A DNA stretch of 64,000 nt from an uncultured Planctomycetota bacterium (GTDB taxonomy: Bacteria; Planctomycetota; Phycisphaerae; Tepidisphaerales; Tepidisphaeraceae). The notes beneath the pieces are model-generated. The model did no database searches and was not told the origin of the DNA. It was given only the letters and a program-made list of their open reading frames with translations. The position numbers and the translations under genes are program-made. Where the stretch lies: contig CAWJEN010000006.1 in assembly GCA_963841915.1 (NCBI GenBank), positions 1,280,001 to 1,344,000 of the forward strand. Direction: 5' to 3'. Shown here piece by piece: positions 47,214 to 58,526 of this stretch; positions within the stretch are counted from its first letter, which is position 1, and every line of letters starts with the position of its first letter.

Positions 47214-47472
47214 GGAATCCCTGGAAACTTTCCCGGATACCTTTGGAAGTTCCAAAGGCATGTTTCCAACTTCAAAGGCATGTTTAGAAGTTCCCAGGGC
47301 ATGTTTGGAAGTTCCCCGGGGCATGTTTCCAAGACGTAAGGGCATGTTTCCAAAGCTCAAGGGCATCTTTGAAAGCCGTCAGGGCATGTTTTGAAGTTAA
47401 GGGCATGACGTCAGAGGCTCAAGGGCATCTTTGGAAGTCTTACGGGCATCCCAGAACCGTTCAGGGGCATGC
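47214..47472. repeat. Degenerate tandem array of ~21-bp period with conserved GGCAT(G/C)TTT core
   Basis: GGCAT at 47257, 47277, 47298, 47320, 47341, 47362, 47383, 47402, 47424, 47445, 47466, plus two decayed units on the left. Confidence 0.88.
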
Positions 47473-50400
47473 GAGACGGGCCGCCGGGCAGTCGCAGGAC
47501 GGCGTCGTAACGCCGGGACGACGGCTGCTACGACGCCACGACGTAGACCGGCTGCAGCGAAATTGATGAGCAGGTCGATCAAGGCCTAGATGTTTCGTGC
47601 GAGGAAAAACGCCAAGAAGCGGGCTGAGATTCGTCACGACCTTGTACCTGGCCGGGTTCTCGACGCCGTTGCCGATCGCCGCGAAGTGGGCGCAGGCCGC
47701 ACTTGATCTTCCAGGTTCTCTCGGCCGCACAGATCGCGATCGAAGAAGGCCGCCCTTCGTCTCGGCCACGAAGTAGAGCCGCTCCTCCCCCTCGTGCTCC
47801 ACGACGACCAGCCAGTCCGGCTCGTAGCGACCCAGCGGCGTGGGCACCCAAAACGTCTTGGGCGGCGCGTAGAGCTTTACTTGGCGGTCGGCCGCCTTGA
47901 GCTCCGCCAGGAACGACCGCTCGACGTCGCTGTCGGACGCGCACCCGAGTACAGTTTTACACAACGGTCGTCCGCCTGCACGAGCTGCTTCAGGTCGGCC
48001 TCGTCCTCCTTGCTCAGCAGGTCCTGCACCACATCGAGCCCGTCCGCTCGTACTGAATGCCGCTCACCATCAGCTTCTGCTTCTGTTCCTCAATCGTGTC
48101 GCCGACGAGCTTGATCACCGCCTGCGGGTTGTACTCCAGCTTGCCCGCCATCTTGCTCTGAATGATCACGTCGGCCACCGTCCGCCGCGTCCGTCCGCTC
48201 CTGCAGCAGGCCCAGTACGTCCGGCACCGCCGCCGCCCACTACGTAACTGGAATCGTCCGCACCTCGCGTTCATCTTCCCCTCGGCGTATTGCCGCCGCT
48301 CATGCCGATGCGGTTCCGTCTCCCAGATGATCCGCGCCGCTTCGACGTCGCGGTTCGCCAGCGACGCCACGCACTTCTTGACGAGCTGGTCGGAGTCAGG
48401 AAGAAGTCGACGCGGTACGTCGTCCGGTCCCGCACCCGCTCCCACAGCGACCGAAACGCCTCCGTGTCGATGACGGCCCGCTGCGGCCGGATCGCCTGCG
48501 GCTTTGTGTCGGCGTTGCGCACCTCGAGGTGACGCCCCGCCCGCTCGCGCAGGAACGCGACCACCCTCGCTGCGTCGACGTCGTGCCCCTCGGGCACCGT
48601 CACGACGTCGTTGTTCAGGTCGTCCTTCAGCTTGTCGGTCACGTCGCCCTTGCCGTCGAGGTAGCCGGCGGCCTGCAGATCGGCCCACAGCGACTCGCTC
48701 GCCGCCTGCCCGATCATGTCGCCGGCGGCGTTCTCCAGACGGGCGAACTCGTGCGACTCGACGCGCTGGAAGACGACGCCCGTGCCCTCCTCGGGGTGCT
48801 CGTACTCGCCCTGCAGCCGCGTCGCGAACTGCTCGTAGCTCTCGCCCGCGATCACCGTCAGCACGTTCACGGTCCTCGTCGCGCACGCGGTCGCCGTCCT
48901 CGTCGACGCACATCCGCAGACCGCGACCGAGGGTCTGGCGCGCGCTGTCGCTCGGTGCCCATCGCGCGGAGGCTACAGATCTGGAAGACGTTGGGGTTGT
49001 CCCACCCCTCGCGAAGGGCAGAGTGACTGAAGATGAATTTCAGCGGCTCGTCCGCAGGCCCAGCAGCCCCTCCTTCGCCTCCATGATCAGGTCGTACGCC
49101 TCCTTCTCGCCTCGCGGGGCTTCGCTGCTTTGCGGCTTGCCGCTGTTCGGCGGAAAATCGTCGTAGAGGCCGCGCCCTTCGCGTCCGTCTTGGCCTTGTC
49201 GGGGGCGAAGTACCCGTCGTGCACCGCCTCCGCCGCCGTCTCGCGGGATGCCCTCGAAGAGCGTCTGGTACTTGGGGTCCTGCTTCTTCCGCGTCGGTAG
49301 ATCTTCTCGAACATCGTCGACCGGCCCGGTATCGGGTTGCCGTTCTCGGCCGTACTCCCGGTAGTCGCCCACGCTGTCCAGGAAGAACAGCGACAGGACC
49401 TTGATCCCCATCGGGCGTCGGATCAGCTCCTTGTCCAGGTGGGCCGTCACGGCCCGTTCGATGAGCTCCCGGTGAAGCTGTTCGGGTCGATCCCGCCGTG
49501 CGTTTCGCCACGCCGAAGCCAGGCCTCGTCTGGCCCGGCGGCCCGTAGCTCGACCAGTCTGCTCGGCCGCCTTGCCGCCGCGGATCTCGCCAAGGCGAAC
49601 GTCCCGGTAAACGTCCCGGCCGGTCGTTTGTTCGAGGTTCTCGTTGCCGGTGAGGATCTTCTCGCTCTCGCCTGACGCCACCCCCCGGCCGCGCCACCTC
49701 CAGCTCCAACGTCGCCCGCGGGCCGCTGCCCTTCGCGTCTGGACCTTCACCAGCTTCACGTACGGCTTGTTGTGCGCCGCCTTGGCCACCGCCGCGGCGA
49801 CTTCGATCCGCTTGACCAGCCGACGCTGGAACGCATCGACGGCATCAAGCCGGTACACCTCGTGAACCTTCCGCAGGTGCGTCGCCGAGTACCTCAGAAC
49901 CGCCAGCGGGTTCAGCCCCCGGATCGCCTTGGCACCGACGCCGTCCTCGCCGCCCTCGACGCTTTGCGGCTCGTCGACGATCACAACCGGGTTCGTCCCC
50001 GGATCAGGTCGATCGGCCGGTCGCCCCCGGTCTTTTCGTGCTCCTGGTACGCAACCCGGCTCGGGTCCGGGTAGATCGACTGGACCGTCGTCACCAGGAT
50101 CCGCACGTTCCGGCTGACCGCAAAGTCGCGCACCCGCGACAGGTCGGCCCCGTCGTACTCGTGGTGCTCCATCGCCACGCCGTCGTAGAGCGAGCGGAAG
50201 TGGTCCCGCGTGATCTGAAGGCTCTTGAGCACGCCTTGCTTGATCGCCACCGACGGCACGACGATCACGAACTTCGTCCACCCGTATCGCTTGTGCAGCT
50301 CCAACGCCGTCCGCAGGTACACGTACGTTTTGCCCGTGCCGGTCTCCATCTCCACGGCGAAGTCCATCGCGTCGAGCCGGTCGTCCTGCCTTAGACCGTT

Positions 50401-50634
50401 GCGGAGCTGAACGGCCCGCAGGTTCTCCAGCAGCTCCTCAACGGGCAGCCGAAGCACGTTGGCGTAGCCGCTGTCGGGCGTGTCGAACATCCGCCCCTGC
50501 GCCGCCTCCACGCCCACCTTCGGTGCCGCCACCGTGAACAGCGACTCACCCACCTCCTGACCCGTGAACAGGTCGCACACCGCGTTGATCGCGTCCTGCT
50601 GGTAGTCGAGATTCGGCTCGAACTGCAACTTCAT
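47461..50634 (-). CDS. res: Type III restriction endonuclease Res subunit (multiple frameshifts; true 3' end probably nearer 47600)
   Basis: [64 protein letters not shown]...YFVAETKG. Confidence 0.93.
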
Positions 50635-50684
50635 GATAATTCCCGTTCTACCAGAGCTCGCAAAGTAGTTGCAACTTGACCACC

Positions 50685-51218
50685 TTACCTGCCGGATTCG
50701 TCTCGCTTTGGGAACAACCAGCGGGCGACGACGACGAACAGACCGACAACCGTAGCGGTGGTTTGAACCAGTAAGGCCACCATCACCGTGTCAGACACCT
50801 CCAGATCGAGATGCCACTGTGTGTGGTCACTTTTCCAACGCACCGGGGGTATTGACGCAATGATCAGAATGATGGCGACGAAAATGAGCCAGTTCTTGAC
50901 GAAGTTGTAGAGCTTCGGGACATACTCTTTGCGAAGCTCAAAATCGTGCTGCACCGCCTTGAGCACTTGGCCACGCCGCTCGGCCAGGTACTCGTCTTGC
51001 GACTTCTGTAAAAAACCCTGCACTTCATCTTCGGCGCCAGGTCTCGGGACGGCCGCCAGCGGCTCGTCGATGATCTCCTCGAAGTCGTCGTACGAATCGT
51101 GGATGGGAACGATGACCTGGTCGAGCCACGGGTCTTCAGGAGGCGGCACATCGTCAACGTCGCCCGGGACATCCGGCACAGCGTCAGGTCCGGGTTGAGG
51201 TACTTTCGAATCGTCCAT
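50685..51218 (-). CDS. Two-TM membrane protein with acidic N-terminus; candidate toxin paired with Panacea antitoxin
   Basis: 11 bp downstream of the Panacea gene; ELRKEY..TM..VSDTVMVALLVQTTATVVGLFVVVARWLFP. Confidence 0.7.
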   Translation of the reverse strand: MDDSKVPQPGPDAVPDVPGDVDDVPPPEDPWLDQVIVPIHDSYDDFEEIIDEPLAAVPRPGAEDEVQGFLQKSQDEYLAERRGQVLKAVQHDFELRKEYVPKLYNFVKNWLIFVAIILIIASIPPVRWKSDHTQWHLDLEVSDTVMVALLVQTTATVVGLFVVVARWLFPKRDESGR

Positions 51219-51229
51219 CTACTCCGCAT

Positions 51230-51767
51230 CTACGCCGTCGGCTTCAAGCTCGCCTCTTCCTTAGCTTGACGGCTCTCGAAGTTGACGCGAGCCTTCTGCT
51301 CGTAGTACTGCCGGATCATGTCGTTGTCGATGACAAGCGGCGTTCCGTGACGGGCGCTGTGGCGCAGGTTTCTTGCCACGGCGAACCCTCTTGATGCGTC
51401 AGGCTGATGAACTCGCCCCGGAGTACTTCCGGTAGTTGTGCCATACTGCGGCCAGCAACTTCTTCTGCCGATGATCGCCTTCAAAAGCCGGCACAATCCT
51501 GCCGGCAGCGGGCCCGATGTCATCACGGGCTCGATCCGTAATCGGACTTCTCCCGTACTTGCGAAATGTGCGGTACAAGCTCCGGATGACAGGCCCATGC
51601 TTCCACGCCTCGACGGGTTCCTCCAGCAGCGGATCCTGAAGAAGTCCGAGGTGCCAACCGTGGGCGATGTAGACCAGCTTAATGACGTCGAGCATCGTCA
51701 GCGACCGACCCTCGCGGTCGGCCGCGTAGAGAAACCAGTTCGCTAATTCAAGGCTCCGTCGCACCAT
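51230..51767 (-). CDS. Panacea / SocA-like (DUF4065) antitoxin (frameshifted ~51400)
   Basis: LANWFL, LTMLDVIKLVYIAHGWHL, EAWKHGPVIRSLYRTFRKYG, C-terminal IDNDMIRQYY. Confidence 0.88.
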
Positions 51768-51827
51768 GGCCGCGTCTCCGTGTGAGCCTAGGCGACAGGT
51801 TGTCCACCATCCGCCGCGTGTGCTCGA

Positions 51828-53825
51828 TCAGAGGCTCAGCACGCGCACGTCGTTGGTCTCGCCGTCCGCCCGCTTCTCGCGGGCGAGGGCTTGGCGGAGG
51901 TTTTCGACAAGGTTCACCTTCGCCGCGTCGCTCCCGGCAAAGGCGGCGTCCAGCAGGAGCACGGTGACGGTGCCGGCGGGCTGCCACTTACCGATCAGGT
52001 CGGCCAAGCCCGTGGCCAGCGTCTCGCCGCTTTGCAGGGTGATCGTCGTGTCATCGAAGGAAGCGACCACTGAGCCGCCGCCCGCAACGAACGTGCGCCG
52101 TCCGTCGATCTGACGCTCGTCAACGCGGCCGTCGAGGGGGAGGCCGAGGTTGACGAGCGCCGCCCCACAAGAGGTCCTCGGGCGAGCGGTCGGGCTTGAC
52201 GGCGTCGACGTGGTCCTCGATCAGCCGCTGGCCGTCGCCGGGTTGAAGTTCGTCGGTGGTCGGCGGGTCCCACGCCTTGACGTTGGCCGAGTCGAGCTTG
52301 AAGACGCGGAAGCCGGTGTCGAGCGGCGTGTCCCGGCCGATCAACGTTCCCTCGTGCTCCTTCTTGATCTTCGCCCCCGCCCGCCGCAGACGTTCCTTCG
52401 TGAGGTCGGCGATGGTCGGGTATTCCTCGCGTCCGGTCTTCTCGGGGAGCTGCACGAGCATGTACCGACGGTTCCCGCCGTCAGCGGCATTCTGCTCCAT
52501 CACCGCGTGGCCCGTGGTGCCCGAGCCGGCGAAGAAGTCGGACTGGCGCATTCTTATCATCGTCCTTGACCGCGTTGATGCAATCAACCACAGTCCACAG
52601 ACTCTTTGGAAAGTCAAAGGGCGAATCTGGCACTAAGTCCTTGACGACCTTGGTGCCGTAGACGTTTGCGTCGTATCGCGTTCCAATCCAAACGGTCTTT
52701 TGCGTCGCGAAGTTCTTACCAATTTCTATCGAAAGAAGGTCATCCTCCGACTTCACGCGGAGAAGGTACAATCTCCTCGACAGACTGTCGGGCATATCGC
52801 CACTTCCGTTCAACGCCGTTCCTATCGATTGGGTAGATATGCGTAACGCCATCGACTACTTCATTCGATTTTGGGTGGTTCGCGTCCGGCTCAACTTTCC
52901 CAAACCCAATGATCTCACCGTTCTTGACCAATATCGGATAAAAGCAGTTTTTTGCATCGCCGCGTTCAGACTCCGTTCCCCAGTTTCGGAAACTAGACCA
53001 CGAGATTTCGTCCGAGCTAAGAAGCCTCGGCGATATGCGTCGCTCACCTCGCCGATAAACGAAGTATGCGTATTCGTGCGTCGCAGAGAAATTTGTGCCC
53101 TGCACTCCTCGCGGGTTATGAACTACGGTGACACACGAATGCTCGTAACCACCTTCGTCAAAGACGTCTTTCAGTAGCGCCCGAGATTAACTTGCTCGTT
53201 GTCATCGATCGCACAAATGAGCACGCCGTCCTCGGTAAGAAGCTCACGCGCAAGAAGCAGCCGCGCGTACATCATGTTCAACCATGTGGTGTGATGCCTT
53301 CCGCTTCTCTTCGGATTGGATACGAGTGATGCCTCACCTTCTCGCTGCCCGGTAGCTTCCAGATATGACTTCAGGTTGTCGCTGTAGTTATTCGGATAAA
53401 GCAGGTCGTTTCCAGTGTTATAGGGCGGGTCGATATACACTATCTTGACACGCCCGGCGTAGCTTCTTCTGTAGCAGCTTCAGCACTTCAAGATTGTCGC
53501 CCTCAATAAAGACATTCTTCGCCCGATCCCAATTTACCGACTCATCATGTGCCGGTCGTAGCGATCCAGCTGAAGGAGTCAACGCGAGCCTACGGGATGC
53601 GCTCTTACCATGCCAACTCAAGCCGAAGCCCTCTCGCCCATGCTCGCTGACAGGACTACCGATAAGATCGGCGAGAACCTTCGTGTCAATAACGGGCCCA
53701 TCGCTACTCTCGGACAGCACACCAGGGAAAAACTCCGCAAGCTTTCTGCGGAACTCTGCCTGCAGCTCCGCGCTTCTCGCCAAGCCAGAAGCACCATCTA
53801 CTTTCTCAATATGATCGTCCATCAT
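51828..53825 (-). CDS. mod: Type III RM methyltransferase Mod subunit (multiple frameshifts)
   Basis: FGLSWHGK, FIEGDNLEVLKLLQ, YIDPPYNTG, FDFPK, DFFAGSGTTGHAV, DTGFRVFKL. Confidence 0.92.
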
Positions 53826-53832
53826 GACTGTC

Positions 53833-54321
53833 TCAAGGAAGCGTGTGCGCCAGAAGTTTGAGCGTGCGCTCGATTACCGTGTTCCTCTCGCCCCCTGCCT
53901 GCTGACTGCCACCGTAGTTCGTTCGCAGATAGGTCTGTGCGATGTTCGCAGCTGAAACTGGCGAGTTAACCTTCGTACCCGGGGGAGTGAGCACGTCGGC
54001 ACCAGACGTCGCAAGTAGCTGAATCATACCTGTCTTCACTCCATCCCAGACGCCATCTCTTGCCTCAGCACTGTGCTTGTCCATGTCTGTTCCGAGACTT
54101 GTCGCTTGCCTAATCAGGGCAAGCTGGTTTGGTTGCTGCCGTATGAACCATATCGCGAGAGGAATCAATGAACGATGGTGGCCATTTAAGTTGTGCCACC
54201 CCAGCCCGCGATCAACGAGTGCTTGGGCGTCTGGAACGTTCTGTTGCGCCAGTCTATCGATGATCAAATGGGTTGCATCGACGAGGGCGTTGTAACGAGG
54301 GTCTTGAGTTAGGTCTGCCAT
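53833..54321 (-). CDS. Hypothetical protein (low-GC orphan inside RM operon)
   Basis: 162-aa ORF tightly packed between DUF4391 and mod. Confidence 0.75.
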   Translation of the reverse strand: MADLTQDPRYNALVDATHLIIDRLAQQNVPDAQALVDRGLGWHNLNGHHRSLIPLAIWFIRQQPNQLALIRQATSLGTDMDKHSAEARDGVWDGVKTGMIQLLATSGADVLTPPGTKVNSPVSAANIAQTYLRTNYGGSQQAGGERNTVIERTLKLLAHTLP

Positions 54322-54342
54322 GTTGGTGTGCCATTTACAAAG

Positions 54343-55053
54343 CTACACGGCGTCGGCGGCAGCGCGACGCTGGCGGCGGGCCTCCTGGAGGCGTTCGTTG
54401 AGCTCGGCCCGCCGACCCGCCTGCCGCTCCCGCTTCGCGGCGGCGGTCAATCTAGCGATCTCCTTGTCCAACGCAACTACGCGTGTCAGTGCATCGCGAC
54501 GCTCGGCCGACGCTTCGGGTGTGCCGGCCCCGTCGCGTGCGGGCACTCGCCCCGTCGCGTGCCACGCGATCACGCCGAGTACCGCGTCGGCCCATCGCCG
54601 GTGCAGATCGCCCAGCGACGTTGCCCGGTCGACCGCCAGCAGCGCGACGACCTCCGGCGGCAGGGACTCGGGCACCTCGCACGCGAGAACCTCCCCGAGG
54701 CCGGGCTTGATGCTGAGGGTCACGGCTTCGGGATGATCGACGTGGTCGACCGCCAGGAGCAGCGGCGCGGGCACCACGCGGTGCAGCAGCGCGAGCAACC
54801 GGGGCGGCGGCGCGGGCGGTCCGTCACGCGTGGTGAGTCTTGCGACGACCAGAGAGGGCGTGCCGTCAGCGGGTAGTCCGGTGGTGCCGGCGTTGAGGGT
54901 GGCATGCCAGAGGAGCGACTCGACCCGTTCGTTGACGAGGCGTCGGTCGGCCGCCTTGTCGAGTTGGTCGACCAGCGCGGTTTTGGGGACGCGCTCCCGC
55001 TGCACCGCCGCGGCGGGCAGGCCGAGGCCGTCGAGCAGGTCACCGGTCTTCAA
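54343..55053 (-). CDS. DUF4391 family protein
   Basis: LGLP..RVPK, LLHRVVPAPLLL, C-terminal coiled coil EIARLTAAAKRERQAGRRAELN; position between helicase and mod. Confidence 0.8.
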   Translation of the reverse strand: MKTGDLLDGLGLPAAAVQRERVPKTALVDQLDKAADRRLVNERVESLLWHATLNAGTTGLPADGTPSLVVARLTTRDGPPAPPPRLLALLHRVVPAPLLLAVDHVDHPEAVTLSIKPGLGEVLACEVPESLPPEVVALLAVDRATSLGDLHRRWADAVLGVIAWHATGRVPARDGAGTPEASAERRDALTRVVALDKEIARLTAAAKRERQAGRRAELNERLQEARRQRRAAADAV

Positions 55054-58000
55054 GCCGCGGCCTCCCCGCCCGCGTGATTCGCCTCCGCGTCGCGGTGGTC
55101 GGGGGGCAACACGGCGAGGTAGGCCAGGACCTCGAAGTCGCCGCCGGGGCGGGCGTCTCGTCGGCCGGTGTGAGCGGACGCCGCGGCCAGGGCGGCGGCG
55201 TTGAACAGCCCCTTGGCCCGTTGCTCGTCGCTCTTGCCGCGGACGGCAGCGGTGGCGGTCGCCAGGGCGCGGGTCACGGGCGTCATGTCACGGCCCTTCT
55301 TCGTTAGCTTCTCGAAGGCGGCCACGGCGGCGGGGTCGACGACGTCGCCGCGGCGGACGCGAGCCGCAGCACGTCGAAGATGGCGCGGGTGCGCGTGTGG
55401 GGGCTCAGGACGGTCGTGCCGTCGAAGGAGACGTGAACGGCGTAGTGGGGGGCGAGCGGGTAGTCGGCCGTGTGATGCGTTTCATCCGGGTCCTCGTCAC
55501 TTCGGAGGCAGAAGACGAAGCCGGGCGGGACGTGCTCGGTGGCGAAGCAGGCGGCAAAGGTGCCGGGCGGCTCTGCGGCGAGGCGATCGGGGTTGGCCCG
55601 CTCGAAATCGCCGAGGTCGACGCGGAAGTCGCTCAGCGTGAGGTCGGCGATGCTCACGCCCGCTGAGAGGTCTTCGAGGTCCACGACGCTGTCCTGAAGC
55701 TTGAGGAGCTGTCGTCGGCGATACGGCAGGTCGTTCATCGCGTTGTCGGTCGTGGTGCTGAAGAGGTCTTCTTCGCCGGTTGCCGAGACGTCGAGCAGGG
55801 TCATGCGGCCCGAGACGCGGGATTCGAGGTCGAGGTACTGCTCGATCTGCATGTTGGGCCAGAAGTTGGCCAGCTGGATCTGCGTGTTGGGGCTGCCCAG
55901 ACGGTCGATGCGGCCGAACCGCTGGATGATGCGGACAGGGTTCCAGTGGATGTCGTAGTTGACGAGCCAGTCGCAGTCTTGGAGGTTCTGCCCCTCGCTG
56001 ACGCAGTCGGTGGCGATGAGCAGGTCGAGTTCCCCCTCGCCGGCGTCCTCGGGCGAGCGCTGCTTGGCTCGTGGGGCGAAGGCGGCGAGGATGTCGGCCT
56101 GCTTGGTGCGGCCCTGTCCGAGGGTGGAGCGGTTGTCGTTGCCGCCGGTCAGCAGGCCGGTCTCGACGCCCTGCTGCTTCGCCCAGGCGTGCAAGTGGTC
56201 GTAGAGGTAGACGGCCGTTTCGGCGAAGGCGGTAAAGACGATGACCTTGCGGTTGGGCTTGCCGTCGACGTGGTTGATGGGCTCGTCGTACTTGCGCTGG
56301 AGCATCGCCGCAGGTCGGCGAGTTTGGCGTCGCGGGCAGGTGCGACCTTTTGTGCGGCCGCAAGGAGACGGCGTAGGCGGTCACGATCATCCTTGAGCTC
56401 GCCGGCCCCACTTGATGAGGTCCATGTCCTTCAGGAGGACCTTGACGCCCTTGCCGACGGCAAGCTGCTCGACGAGCGGGTCGTCGAGTTCGAGGTCGGC
56501 GATGTCGGGCGAGTCGACATCCTCCTCAGCGTTGTGGCTTTCGATCTTCGAGAGCAAGGCCTCGACGTCGGCGAGCTGGCGGCCCAAGGTGAGCTGGAAG
56601 CTGTGGACGCTGCTTTCAAGCCGTTTGAGGACATTCACCCGCATCAGCGAGGTGAGAGAGGTTTCGCGGTCGAGCTGGTTCCAGATCGTGCCGCGGCTGG
56701 TCTCGGTGGCGTATTTCTTCTCATAATCGTCCACCTTGCCGGGCAGCAGGTATTTAAGAGGAGCGAACGCGGCGAGGTTGAGCAGCGTGATGTCGCGGTT
56801 GAGCTCCACGACGCTCGCCATACCTCCCTGGGCGGTGGGTACGGCGTCGAGCTCGGGCCTGCGGTTGATGGGCGGCAGGCGGTCGGGGAACTCGCCGGTC
56901 TCGACGGTGCCGTAGTAGCGCTCGACGTGCCGGCGACTGCGGGCAATGGTGAGCAGGTCGAGGAGCTGGAAGTAGCTGAACCCGAGCATGTCGACGAGCT
57001 TGCCCGGCGTGCGTTCGGCATCGTCGAGGGCGAGCCAGCCGTTGAACTGCTGCTGGGCGTGTCGCGTCGCCGCCTTGATGCTGGGGATGCCCTCGGCGGC
57101 GAGCGCGTCATCTTCACCGCTGACGGCGAACGCGACCTGATTGCGCAGGTCGGCGAGGCGGTTGTTGACCGGCGTCGCACTGAGCATCAGCACCCGCGTC
57201 TTGACGCCCGCCTTGACCACGTCGTCGAGCAGGTGGTCGTATCGGGTGGGCTGGCCCTTGCGCGGCGACTTCTTGTTGCGGAAGTTGTGGGACTCGTCGA
57301 TGACAACAAGGTCGTAGTTGGACCAGTTGAGGTGCTTGAGGTCGATGCCGCCCGACTCACCGCGGTTGCGGGAGAGGTCGGTGTGGTGCAGGACCGTGTA
57401 GTTGAAGCGATCGTCGAGCAGGCTGTTTCGGCGGTCATTGAGCGTGTGGATCGTCCAGTTCTCACGCAACCGTTTGGGGCACAGGACCATCACGCGATCA
57501 TTCCGCAGCTCGTGGTACTTGATGACCGCGAGCGCTTCGAAGGTCTTTCCGAGGCCGACGCTGTCAGCGAGGATGCATCCACCGTGTCGGGCAAGCTTGT
57601 CGCACACGCCGACGACGCCGTCCCGCTGGAAGCGGTAGAGCATCTGCCAGACCTTTGTATTTTTGATACCGGTTCCTGCGTCGACAATGCGGTCCTCGTC
57701 GAGGCCGCCGTCGCCCGTGGCGAGTAGGTGGTGCAGAAACAGCGCATAAACGTTGCGGGGCGGGCGCGGCGATACGAGCGACGCCGCCGTGTCGGCCAGC
57801 GCCGCGGCGGCGGTCGGGGCCGGAGGGTGTGCGAACCACTGTTCCTCGAACCACGCCGCATACTGCGCTGCGGCTTCGCCTTCAAATGCCTGCACCATGC
57901 CGAGCGGGTTACCGCGAGCGAGGCCGAGGCCGGCGGTCGAAAGCGAGAGGCTACCGATGATTGCAGACTGAGCGATACCTTCCGAGTCGCGGATGATGAC

Positions 58001-58321
58001 TGTGCCCTGCGGGATGGCCGTTGCCGTACGCCGGACTTCGACGCCGCCGCTGCGAAGCCAAGCGGATAGCCGGAGCGAAAGCCGCTGCCCGGAGAGCGTG
58101 GATCTCAAGGCTTGATCCCTCTCATCCCCCAGCAGCGCAAGGTCCGAGTCTTCGGGAGGCAGCAGGAGTCTTACCCGCTTTACCGATGTCATCGCCTCAA
58201 TCGCGTCGAGACCGAACACCGAGGCGGACGCTGTGATAATGTCAACGCTCCCCGCTGCCGGCAGCAACTCGCTGAGCCGTTTAGCAACCGTGTCGTCGCC
58301 GCTATTTTTTAGTAGCCTCAC
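55050..58321 (-). CDS. SNF2-family helicase with N-terminal PLD-like domain (frameshifts ~56390-56310 and ~55330)
   Basis: LYRFQRDG, ILADSVGLGKT, VVIDESHNFRN, MLSATPVNN, LLIATDCVSEGQNLQD, NYDIHWNPVRIIQRFGRIDRLGS. Confidence 0.9.
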
Positions 58322-58390
58322 TATGGGCAGCGACTGTATCGGCAGCGGCTTGCAATGCACATCGCCAAGTGCGTCCACCGCATATGGATT

Positions 58391-58465
58391 GTCGCTTGAG
58401 CCGCCGTTGAACCGTGGGTGGGGGCGGCGGCGGGACCGTCTGCAGGAGGTCGCGTCCCTGCAGGC
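58391..58465 (+). repeat. Imperfect direct repeat of 59189-59254 (3' part of GIY-YIG gene)
   Basis: GTCGCTTGAGCCGCCGTTGAACCG[9-bp insert]GCGGCGGCGGGACCGTCTGCAGGAGGTCGCGTCCCTGCAGGC vs GTCGCTGGAGCCGCCGTTGAACCGGCGGCGGGGGGACCGTCTGCAGGAAGTCGGGTCCCTTCAGGC. Confidence 0.88.
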
Positions 58466-58526
58466 AAGTTGTTTCGAGTACGGGGACCGAAAAGCGTCAA
58501 CGGGCCCTGCCCGTACACTCGCATCG

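Noticed and set aside
46892..47394. Short ORFs upstream of and across array 2, and similar ORFs across array 1
   Set aside because: No recognisable motif, RBS or consistent frame; cannot be supported as genes, though a frameshifted heptad-repeat peptide is not excluded.
47214..47472. CRISPR array or known guide-RNA array
   Set aside because: Conserved core is only 5-10 bp, variable parts are related to each other, and no associated effector gene is recognisable.
47461..58321. Programmed frameshifting or phase variation in mod/res
   Set aside because: Indels are numerous, scattered and also hit ahcY; no simple-sequence repeat tract is evident at the mod 5' end, so sequencing error is more parsimonious.
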